DNA of 64,000 nucleotides, taken from Balanoglossus misakiensis. Lineage: Eukaryota; Animalia; Hemichordata. The position numbers and the translations under genes were made by a program. The stretch lies in NCBI GenBank assembly GCA_040954595.2, contig CM082583.2, positions 7,996,849-8,060,848 of the forward strand. The letters run 5' to 3'. Within the stretch, counting starts at the first letter, position 1, and each line of letters starts with the position of its first letter. Below, one piece after another: positions 41,382 through 53,300 of this stretch. The notes beneath the pieces are model-generated. The model saw only the letters and a list, made by a program, of their open reading frames with translations, did not search any database and was not told where the DNA came from.

Positions 41382-44300
41382 CTGTGTGGAGGGAATTGAA
41401 AACGGGAAATTGAAAAATAATCCACAGAACGTGTATAGGTCGCGGAGGTTCAAACCACCTGTCATTCTCGGTGCTGTGTTGGGCAAATGCCTATCACTGC
41501 AAAGTGCTCTTCATCTGTCATCGTCTCTAAAGTGCGTGTATCATTTGATTTTGGATGTTTGCCCGATTCCCAAACGCACTGATCCGCACTACGTCACCAC
41601 AGCAATTTTTATAAGTGAGTAAGAAACTTGTTTAGCTCCTGGTATTACTCGTTTGCACTTTCTGTGTCATAAACTACTATATTGGCATTACACAGAGTGG
41701 ACACATTACATCGGTCCATGATGGCGCCATTATGACATAACACAAGTGGGACACTGTAACTTACAAAAGAGGAGAAACACGATTCAGATTCATTTAAATC
41801 TCCCATTTTGGCCAGACGAGGGTTCGCCCGCATTTTAAAAGAGTCTTTCTGTTTGAATTTAAATACATTAGAAACGTCGCTCTACACGATTAACGCCGAA
41901 CAAGAGTTCACCGCGAGTTGTATTGGCACGTAGTAAACTCGGTCACTCACTAATACAATCCAACATTGCTGTCAACTTAAGAGCGTATCGCGCATTGTAA
42001 CCTGAGCGGGCTTGTGTAATAAAAGAAAGTAATTTAACAAATCGAGGAACAAGAAAGTGATCTGTCACATTCAGGATATGCCGATGGCGGAGTGACGTTG
42101 ACAAGTCTAATCAGGTCGTTTTAGCATTGTACTGTGATCGATGCTGATTACCCGTTAGTAAAATGCGGCGATTTTCTGAGACAGTGATTGTCAAATTGTC
42201 TCCAGTCACTCCAAACTCATTATTCTATGTGTCATGTGGGTCTCTCTATCTCTCTCTATCTCTCTCCTCCTCTCTATCTATCTCGCTCGCTCCCACCCTC
42301 TCTCTCCATGACTCTCTCCCACACGTGTCCACCATTACAAGCAACACTTCTTACCGTTTTAAACTCATCGTCGTTTCTCAGGTGGTCGGCGATAAATTTT
42401 ACACTGTCAATGGCTTCCCTCACCTCTCGGGGAACGCTTTTCCTCTGCCTTGGTTTATTTGAAGTGTGGTTTTGATCTGTTTTGTAAATTCCTTCCGATA
42501 TAGTGTGCAGCGGCGACGTTGATGAGCGCGAATTTTTCATATTCTCGTAACAGCAATCGTTTGCAACGCAGTTTTTATCAATGCTTGATCTCTTTCTGGC
42601 GTTCACCTCCGTCATTTCGACCCCGCCGTTCGCGTCGGCGTCCATCTCGTGGATTCTCCTGGGCGGCCGGTGTCGCTTCATCCACAGGTAGGGTGGGAGG
42701 GTGTGGATGAAGACCTTCCTCACCCAGTTGGGCATGGTGTGCGTGCTGGGTGAGCGGTGGTGGATGTTGAGCACGATGACGGTGATGACGATGGAGGCCG
42801 TGACCAGCACCATGGTGAAGAGCAGGTAGCGCCCGATCAGCGGGATCAGCAGCGACGTCGGCGGGATGATCTCCGCGATCAGCAGCAGGAACACGGTGAG
42901 GGCCAGCAGCACGGAGATGCACAGCGTGATCTTCTCGCCGCAGTCGGACGGCAGGTAGAACACCAGCACGGTGAGGAACGAGATCAGCACGCAGGGGATG
43001 ACCAGGTTCACGGTGTAGAAGAGCGGCTTCCGGCGGATGATGAAGTGGAAGGTGATATCCGTGTATATCTCCGGGCTGGACGGGTAGCTGATGACGTGCT
43101 TCTTGCCCGGCATGTCCGTGATGTCCCATTCGCCGCTCTCCCAGTAATCCTCCAACTCCACCCACGTGATCGGGTTCGACAAATCGTCCTTCCTGAAGTC
43201 CAGATCCAGCTGCTCGGCGTCGTAGGTCCACGAGCCGAACTTCATGACGCAGTCCTGCTGGTCGAACGGGAAGTATTCCACGTCGATCTTGCAGGAGCTC
43301 TGATAAATGGCCGGCGGCAGCCAGTATATAGTTCCGTCCTCGTAGAGGAGGGCTTTCGTCATGAGCGTCACCTCGTAATTGCCGTCCGCGCTGAAAATTA
43401 AACAGATTCGTTCGTCAAAAACCTCTCACATAGTCTTCACAATTTCTCAATATAATTTAGGCAAAGTGCTCCGCAACAGACTTTTATTTTGTTCGAGAAA
43501 ATACTAATCTGCTAGACACACGGAAGGATGAATTGTCCACCATTAGCAATACCAAATTGGCCAAATATCCCGTCACATTAATGGTACATTCATAATGTAA
43601 ATATGGGGTTCGAGCGAGCATGAGAACTTTCTCTGAATTTATTGAACAGTTGGCAAAGGAGCGCGACCTGTTCACTCTGCGCGGGAACGTGTATACCCAG
43701 CGATAATAACTCATCATATAATTGCAAAAACGGTCGACGACTAATTGTACCACAAGCCGCAAAGTCAGGTAGGTGACTCCCTATTTGTGAATACGTGGGC
43801 TGACTAAAGGCTATGAACCATACATGCAAATGAGAAAGTTCTGTTTTCAAAGATGGCGACCTGTCGGTTTAAGAAGATCGTGGGAAATGATGAGTGATGT
43901 GGGTTTTTTGTTCATCTGCTTCAAAGGGCGATAAAAGGGCGCCAAAAGGCAATTAAAGACGCCCAATTACGTTTCGTTAACGATGAGGAAAACGCAAAGC
44001 TAGAATGTAATGAAGTATACTTGGAATCTATTGGGATCAAAGTGGACGGATTGTTAGCATATTATAAGCCATTTTTTCACTAAAATTACGAAATATGTTT
44101 AGTTAGGAGTAAAGTGGAATTCAAAAGAGCGCTCACACATACTTATTAAATAAGACGATATCGGGCAGCCATAACATCTTGGATGGAACTCGAAGAATTT
44201 TGATACCATCAAAGTCGTTTGGTTTCCATGACAACCTGTAATCGGACCACTTCTGTAAAGTCACATATAGAAAATGCATTGGTGAAGGAAGGTGAGACTG

Positions 44301-47300
44301 TAATTAGCAGCATCCAAGGAAACTGTTCTAGCAAACTGACCTTCTTTGATGTTTTGCGACTATTGGCAGTGCCCAGACTCCAGTCAAACTATAGCTATCA
44401 CAGTAACATCTGCTGCAGCAGACTTTGTTGAATTGTGCATCCAGTACCTGACCTGATAAAGTTGTCTGTGTATCCTAGATACGTGTATCTATAGAGAAAT
44501 GTCTCATTCCGTGAAATCTTTTGCTCAGATGTATGGTTTTCTGGTATTAGTTCAGTTGGTGTTACTCCGTGTGATGGGATAGGGTGTACTGTATCGATTG
44601 ATATGCAGTGAACGGCAGCTGTTGGAAGATTCTCCAGCGTAATCGTCACATCATTGTCAGTAAAACCTGAGCGATGTGGCATATATCCAATGGCCTCATT
44701 GAAATGTGATACAACTCCCGTGAAAAAAAATATATCGGAGCAAATTACCAACATACTTCAAGCATCTACATGATCAGCTATTTTAAACGCCGCCAAATAG
44801 TAAAACCGCGTGTTTGAAACGTTTGGTTCGAGAATGTGAGGGTAGAGTGGAACGCTGGCCGTAGGGGGCGTGGGGTCGATTTATTTGAACGGTGTCGAAG
44901 CAGCTGTTATCATAGTTCATCGATATATAAAGGAAACTTTCAAAGTTCGTGCCCAAGGATTTAGATTTACGAATGAGATTGATTTTAGTGGTGGGACGAG
45001 TGTTTGCTGAAACGTCCTGTTTCCTTCTGGCCTGACCTCAAGTCCGCACGCTGTTGCATGGTTACACGTGTCCCTACAAGATTATTGGGTGGGGTTAATC
45101 GTCGTGTGGGTTTGGGGACGTCCCGTGGGGACGATCTATATAAATGGACACGGCGACCTCTTGGCTTGCGTACATTATCCTCGTTCGACACGTTGACATG
45201 TGCACGCGAATGGGAAGGGTAACCCCAATCAAACAGCGCTAATAGAATATGTCAGGGGGAAATGCCGCAAAGGCAAACTACAGACCACTTCGAAGGTGGA
45301 CTCAATACTAAGAGCAAAAGGCCCCGTCAGCTATTTACACCAGCTCTGCCAAATTGATTTGTCGAAGAAAATTGAAGGAGTACTCTAATACCACGTTCAA
45401 GGCCGGTCGTAAAGCCATTTAATATGCTGGTGAATCATAGACTTAATTACTTCGTTACTGACACTCAGTAGGTATAGTAACTGACACGTCCGCCATATAA
45501 GTGTGGGATCAACATTGCCTGCAATAGGGCGGTTATCTTGTTTTTCGTAGGATACTGTAAATATTGCTTTTTTTGCGGGAACCCCAAAGGAAAGAACTTT
45601 TAGAGGATCAAGAAATTATAGACCACTGCATATTGTCTGGTGCTGAACAGAAAACCAGCGCACATCTAAGCAGGCTGGCGTTCTGATAAATGAGTACAAA
45701 ATCTAACTTAAATGTAACGTTGAATGGAATCCACTTCGATCATTGACAGGGAGTTAAACAGTATTCATTTTTCGAATGCGATGAAGTACTTGTTCGTACT
45801 GTAAACATTTGTCTGAACTCGACGAATTAGTGATTCATGTCGCTCGCGTTATGTTGACTGATAATTCAATATAAAAGTCTGGAATTCTTGAAGGGGTCGG
45901 TGGCATGTGGTTGTTTTGAAGTCGGGGTGTTTATATTCGCCAAAACAAATGATGTAAGCTTTTGTTATTGCGAGTCCTCAGAACCTTCAGCCGGACAGCT
46001 AAAAGTGCGGAAGATACCGACCATATCAGCATCATAATGTGTAAGGTGGTAAGACAAAACTACTTACCTGTTTCAACCATACATTGGCCTTCATGATTTG
46101 ATTTCGTTCATCCTGTCAATAAAAGAATTAATCGCATGACGTGAAAAAAATGAATAATTTCGAATTATTGAACTAATTTCACAGATTCGTTCGACATAAT
46201 CTTGTTCTGCTTAGCTGCTGTCACGTGATTAGGATCAAATAAGTGATTGAAAAATATGAACTCTCAAAAGAACAGGATACCTTTTATCTTAATTGATGGT
46301 CGTTCAGTACGTTTCATCTTTTCAGTTTAATTTTATCGTCATTTACGTACTCTGTACATGACTGTTAATCTGCGTCGCTATTTCTGATATAAGATTAGAC
46401 AAGATTTGGTCTTGCAATGCCCGTCAGTCGCGACGGAGCGCAGTCAGAATCTAATTCTTTTGAAACAATCACGATATCACGAACCTCGCTGCGTTCAGAC
46501 AGGCGAAGCTAAAGCTTCACATTAAAGACCTCTGACTTAAGCGTCATTTTGTCATGTGTAAAGTCGGATTAAGCTCTTAATTGATGTCTTTAATTGTCAG
46601 TCAGGGGTCTGGATATTCCGACCCATTTGGCATAATGATACAACTAACATTAACGAGCTGAGTCATTGACTCGAAATTTGTTCCCCAAACGAACCCCGCA
46701 AAAAACAGCATCATGATTTCGCTGAACTAATCTTGTGAAGTTGGTCACCATGGTGATAACGGACCATCACGATGTTTAAGTGCGCCTAAATTTGCGGGTT
46801 CACGGCACATTCGGTTCTGAAACGTTTTATCGACCGTGACGGTAAGATTACTGCCAGCTCTGAACCAAATCCTGCATAGTCTTATGACCTTAGAGCATTT
46901 AACTCCACTTGAGGTTATTACGCCAGTCGAGGTCAAATGCTTATAAAAGTCACGTATCAAAATCTCACACGGAGTCGGTTTTTTTTTCCGAGACGCAAAT
47001 TTCTGCGGAAAATTCGGCTGTACGCGAGAACTTCGATTGCGACTTAACAACGTTTATTCACCACACACAGATCACACTGAACTTCCGTGATCCTACCCAC
47101 AGCTTGCAACCGAAGAATCAAAACAACGAGGTGCTTTCAGAATTGTCACGGCGAAGACAGGGATCTGTGACTTACAGAATGGTGTAGTATCGCATATGTG
47201 ATGATGTCATAGGAACTGAAATAGAATCAAATGTTTCCATACAGACAGATAGAATACTCTAAGTACGTCATTTCCTGCCTCGGTTGACGTTGGGTCATAT

Positions 47301-50300
47301 TGACCTCTGACATAAACGCAACTGGATCTTGGTATATTTTGAGTCTGCCTTGTTTTCAAGGAAATTTAAGAAACAAAACAAAAACAAGTTTGTAGCAAAT
47401 GTATCGAAGGATACATATCCTGTTGTCGCAGATCGTTCGGTGCGTGATAATGGATTTTACAGACTTGGATGACGTCATGCCCAGAAGGTCGTAGCGACAT
47501 TTCTTGAAGATATTCAGGGTGGTATTGTACACGAATACGTCGCTACATTTTATGTATGATAAAAAACTATTAATTGCACTCAATAATGAACCGAACAGAA
47601 TTATTGACAATTTTTCTCTCGGTACACTACCGTCTGGAATGACGTCATGCATAAAAAGTGGGCGAGACCTGCCGTCACCACTAAGCTATCCCAACTTTTT
47701 TTCCATTGATCGACTGACTTATGTAAGAAAGGGGGAGTTCGGTCGCGATCCCGTGGCTTGCTCAAACGGCAGGGAAATTATTCTCGGATAATTGCTGTAA
47801 TTGAATTTGCTGACGTCACTCTCTCGGGGGCAAATGGCGGCAGTTGAGCGGAGACACGGCACGAATAGCATGTCTGTGGAAGGTTGGAGCTATTTGTAAG
47901 AGCATAATCCGACCATCTGTAGAATTGGGTCGAATTCTGTTCCCACGCATGACGTTGAAACACAACTTTAACAAATTGTCAGTATTAAAAAACCACGTAC
48001 TCCCTGGCATAACATTATCCACTACCGTCGCAGTTAAGAGAGAAAGAAAACCTTCATCTATCCGTTTCCATAACAACATACAAAATGTCAGACAACCTAT
48101 AATTTCAGCTCGAACTCGATCAGTAAGTAAAATACCCGCAGAATGCATTATCCAAATCGTAATATCATAATAACAGTCGACATATCCTGGTTAAAAGGCT
48201 TCTGAATTTTACCCTGACCGAAATATTTGTGTGCCGTGCGAGATTTCTTTAAAACAACATATAAAGATTACGGCGTAATACAGAATTTAATTGTCCCAAC
48301 TGCTGAAGAAGTACAAGCGGTCAAATACCGCTGAGAACCGTGACAAAAAGTGCGCTCTTCGGAATATAAATGTAATAGCCATAAGTGGAATTTCAAACAC
48401 ATGTATTCTAGCATATAAATATAGCATTGCTTGTGATCAAGTAACGGCTAGCTACAGCTCCTCAGAACTCTGGTTTTACAGTGTGTCTAAGCCGTGAGTA
48501 TTTGGTTTCGCCAGAGAGAAATTAGATTCCAGATGAGCACCGTTTATTTGCCACTGCAAAGGTCCTTTCACACACAAATTTCATGAATGGGTCTCGTGGA
48601 TAGCGTGATGTAGGAGATATCCATTTGGGGATAAAAACTCAATAAAAAGCGTGACTACTTCTTACATAGTTAAGAAACCAACACCCTGCCTTATTACATT
48701 AGATTTGGTTTGATTATTCAGCTCTCTTGTGTGTTTTATAAAAAAAACTAGACTGTCGTCAAAATCTTCAATCCGAGGTGAGGCGACATACATATAACGC
48801 TGGTTACGCATGAATTTACATATTTTAGATTTGAATGCTCTCCTGATAGGTTTATGAAAGACGAGTTTCTTTTCACAGACTTGACTTGTAAAAAAGGTGC
48901 CACTGAATTGAAAGCCCTGATAGTATATTTGTCGCACAAATTGAGATTCGCAAAATTCAATGCCTAGGCAATCATAAACTGTTGTGCGGTGACAGCTTCC
49001 ATGAGAAAAGACGCAAAGCTTCCTTGGCTGTCCTGCGGTGAGCGTGTCACCCACAATGGTTCAGCGGTCATGGATGTCGAACAATTCTGAAGCGACAACG
49101 TAACCCCAGTGAGTGGGACTAACCCACATTGAACAAGCTTGAATAAACGCCGTTCGAGTTTTACATCACGATTACGCGAAACTTTGGTCATCTACCCGAG
49201 TGTACATGTATACCGTGGCGAGATTCGTGCTGTATACGCACGTGTTTCACGTTCAATGACCTAATGAGTATAAGTTCTCGCAGGTTTCTTCTCTAACGAC
49301 CGCTCTGATTGGTTTAAGAAAGTGCGAGATTTAAACGAGATCTCCGATGGCATAGGTTCAGATGTGGTGTGGGCATCCATTCCGAACAGAGCAAAAGTAA
49401 AGACGGTGCCCAACACTTCATCTGATTTTAATCAGATTGGATCCTCTCAAACCACAAGGAATATTCTAAAAATGCTCCTATACTCACCACGTTGATCAGC
49501 TGTGATATCGTCAGGCCGAGGTCGACGGTTAATTTTTGCGTGGAGTTCACTACAGGACGGATGAGCTTGTTGTAACTGGCAAATAATTTATCGAACAATC
49601 TTTTCTCGGCATCTGCTGCTGAAGACACTAGTAAAAGAAAAAACGGAGATGAATTTAATTTATTGTACAAAACATTATAATCCCAGACGGAAGGAAATAG
49701 TGGAACAAATAATCTATTAAGTCGGTTGTTCAGGCGGAATTAGGGTTATGAGCTTAATATGTATACTCCGCATGCGCAGATTTTACCCGTTACATTTGAG
49801 TAGTCTCTCAGTCATGTAACCGTGAAAAGGTCGTTGAGGGTTGTCGGTTAAGATTATTTTTTTCAAGTTGTGACATTTTATTTTTTTCACATTGTCGTTA
49901 CGTTTTGAATGATTTCAGTTTGTGCAAAGCTTGAATGCCCCGCTCGCTGAGATGATTTAATTGAACAAACGCGAGTATAATCCTTTCTTATTTACGATCT
50001 TTTGGAGTGATCTGCACGGGGTCATAATTTTTATAAACTTTCCATAAAATAGTCTGGTTTCAATTGCTTTTCTCAAAGCGATCGAAAGGGGCCGGTGTAG
50101 CACAGTTTACACGATACCATGTCGTCAACTCTATACGCTGCTTCAGATCTGGAGTGTAACGTTCAATCAGTGTTCATCTCGAAGTAAGCACGTATGTATA
50201 ATAGTGTTCTCGAGTATACCCCCCCCCCGCCGCTACAGTTGCCGATATATATTTACACAGAGAAAGTGAACTTAACAGCAGTGAGAGCCATTATATATCA

Positions 50301-53300
50301 TTTTCTAGTTTTGTGCTACATACATTTAAAGAAAGAACTCTCCTACGGAGTTTATTGATGGCTGTCAACCCATTAGCCCATCTCAAATGGTCCTTAGCCC
50401 TAAGTGAATGTTAGTACTGGAGGGGGGGGGTTCACATTGCACTTGATCTGTTCACGGCCAATCCAGACCAGATAGTTTTGTACTTTATCTTAAAAGTAAA
50501 GGCACCAACTGCACTCCATAAAAGCGCAAAATTATACCATTCAGCAATAATGATTTTTCTAAAGAAGAAACGGAACACACACATACATACACAATATTTT
50601 CGCGACCTTAAAAGTAATCCGAACCTTTTATCAAAGCTTATTCATTCGTTTAGACATGGATCATTTACTGCCCTTTAGTTGACAAACAACAAACCCAGCG
50701 TGAGAATTAAATGCGATACACTAATAAAATTAGTGTCTCGGGGTCTGCCTTGTTTTGGCAATACCAAGTAATTCGAGTAAACGATTGCGAAAATCTGCGA
50801 CATCATAAATTCAAATTAGGGGCAAGAGTGTGTCTGCTTTGACTTCAAGGGTCACGACTTGCGTTGGGATTTGCATTATCTTCGACACCGAGTGGCACGT
50901 ACGCAGTCATACGCATGAATGAGCGGCTTCGAAAAAGAAGCCGATTGCTCATGCTCAAACGTATACCAAGATTGAACTGTATTGCAGATGTCTTAGGCAT
51001 AAATTTATGTTCCAGAAAGGGGCTATTCGTAGTAGTGAGTCACTAGTCGCTGCTCTTGTGCTCTAACAATAATGAAATTTACTTTAATTTCCGTTCAGAT
51101 AAGAAATTATTTCCACTTGAGAATGTGAAACATATATGTTGAACCAGGCTGTCCCCAGGCACCACTTTGTAAAAAATATGACCCTCTTTATACATCACTT
51201 GCACTTACTGTAAGACCCCCCCCCCCTGCATATTACAGGATATGCCCTAATTCGCGATGTACATGTAGAGGAATATCTGATCTGAGTCGTCCTTGTAAGT
51301 CAATTGATAGATGCCGATACATGTTTTTGATATTCAGGAAAATGGTCATCTAATTATACGGCGTGATAAAGTATATCTGTCGTATAACAGGACACGCATT
51401 CAGTCAACGATAACTTGATAGGCACACATTTTGATTGTCCTCATACGTCACGAATCAAACGGGAACTTTGATCGTCGTACCGTGGCGGCTTCTGGTATTC
51501 AATCGCCGACAGTCAAAAATGACGTCTTTTTGTGCCAAAGGTCCGTGTAAAATGCGTTGCATTTGAGTATACCAATACGAATTAGGAAGTCACAGTAGTT
51601 TTATCACAGATTTTACTTTCCGCTACATGCTGTCGTCTGGCAACTGTTATATAGCCCCTTGTACAGTAGATTGCAGACGACAAGGCGCTGGGTTGGCTAG
51701 TTGGGCAATTACGAGAAGTGCAAAAGCGTGTCTTTTCTCTCGCCTCACTCCAATCTATACCATCTTCCATATAAGATTAATTGCACTTTTCTCGTAATAC
51801 ACCGCACGTCGTTAAGCGAGCCGGCCATGTTTTGGAATCGCGTCTCATTTTAGAGGGGGGGGGGGGCAAAAGTGAATGTATTCCGAAGAGTACGCGGGGT
51901 TAAGGAGGAGTAATCCGGTCACGGTTCGCCATTAGTTGGGGTCACAAAATGTACCAAATTATGTCTAATATCTATCTCAATGCAAATGTCACAGGTCGAT
52001 GGCATCCGAATGTACTTGGATGAATCCCCTCGCGGCGTCTGGTGGCATTTTTACCAAAAGGGCAAACATACACTTTATAACTTTAATATCCACACAACCC
52101 CCGTTATGACGTCTGCAAGATGCAGAGGGTAATGATTTGTTTTCAGTGGAAGTGGGAGAATGATGGGTTGGTAATACACGTGAGAAGTCTCTCTCGACCA
52201 CTTTCTGTGCCCTTCTTTCCCGCTCTTTTATGATGTGGATAAACTCCGACAAGCACATCCGGGTGCCTGCCTGACAGGTGAGTTAAATTTGCATAAAAAT
52301 ATGGCGCATTTCTGCTCATTTTGCGCTCAGCTTGATTTGGGCGTCTTCAGAGCCCATTTAAACAGGGTGTGTATCACTGACTATTATCCGTGCAGACGCG
52401 ACTGACTTTCATCGACTTGATCTGATAATGATTCCTGAGTGCATTAATTTTCCGGTGACCGTGACCATCAACCCAATGTTCAAGGACATTTCAGGAGTTG
52501 AATTCCCAAAGCTCAATCGAAATTCCTAGCACTGGAAAAAATAAAGCGGTTTTCTGTTTCTTCGGGATTTTCTGATCAGAATTTTTTCGATAGTCACCAA
52601 TATCTGTACACGCTCGATTAACTATGCTAAAATAAAGCATATTATAAAGCACTGTCTCATTTTTCTAGCATGGTGGCCCTGTGGTACGCAGAAGTAAGGC
52701 CGACCTCTCTGAACTCCTCGCGATGCTTGACACGGATCCAACACGGAGGCAACGAATTCAAATATCAATGTCAACTGAAAATTATGCTGAACACGCAAGA
52801 AATGACGGCCATTTTGATGAGAAATCACATAATTTCGATTTTGTCTCAAAATATGCAGTCCATATCCGCTCCAGGGCGAATCTCAAGTTTGCTCGGAATA
52901 ACGTACGCATTAATAAAGTATTCACAAATCACCACGTGACGTCCTCTGAAATGTGATGAACGGACTGATCATTCTGATTGTGGTGTTAAAAGCATCCTCC
53001 AGAAGGCTTGTCGATAGGGCAAAGGTCACATCGGCTTTTGCTTTCATGTTGTGTAAATATCGTGTGTGAACTCTTCGCTGGAAAAAATGAGTTTCCATAA
53101 GTCTGTCGCAAAATGTCAATTTGCACAAAATATTAACTGTTGTGCGTGCACATGACCTACTTTACTGTGAACGCGACAATTTTTAATGACGGAATGTCAT
53201 AGTTGAGTTAGCGTGGCTCTAAACGTTGTCTGAATTTAACGCGATAAACATGTTGGTGTTGAGGGTTTTTTAAAAGGTGACAAATCTAATTTTGTGAAAG

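Noticed and set aside
42757-43401. 214-aa plus-strand ORF (and the 217-aa alternative-frame ORF 42578-43231)
   Set aside because: Shadow ORFs: extreme GC3 in gene A exon 5 removes stop codons from the antisense and shifted frames; low-complexity products with no recognisable domain.
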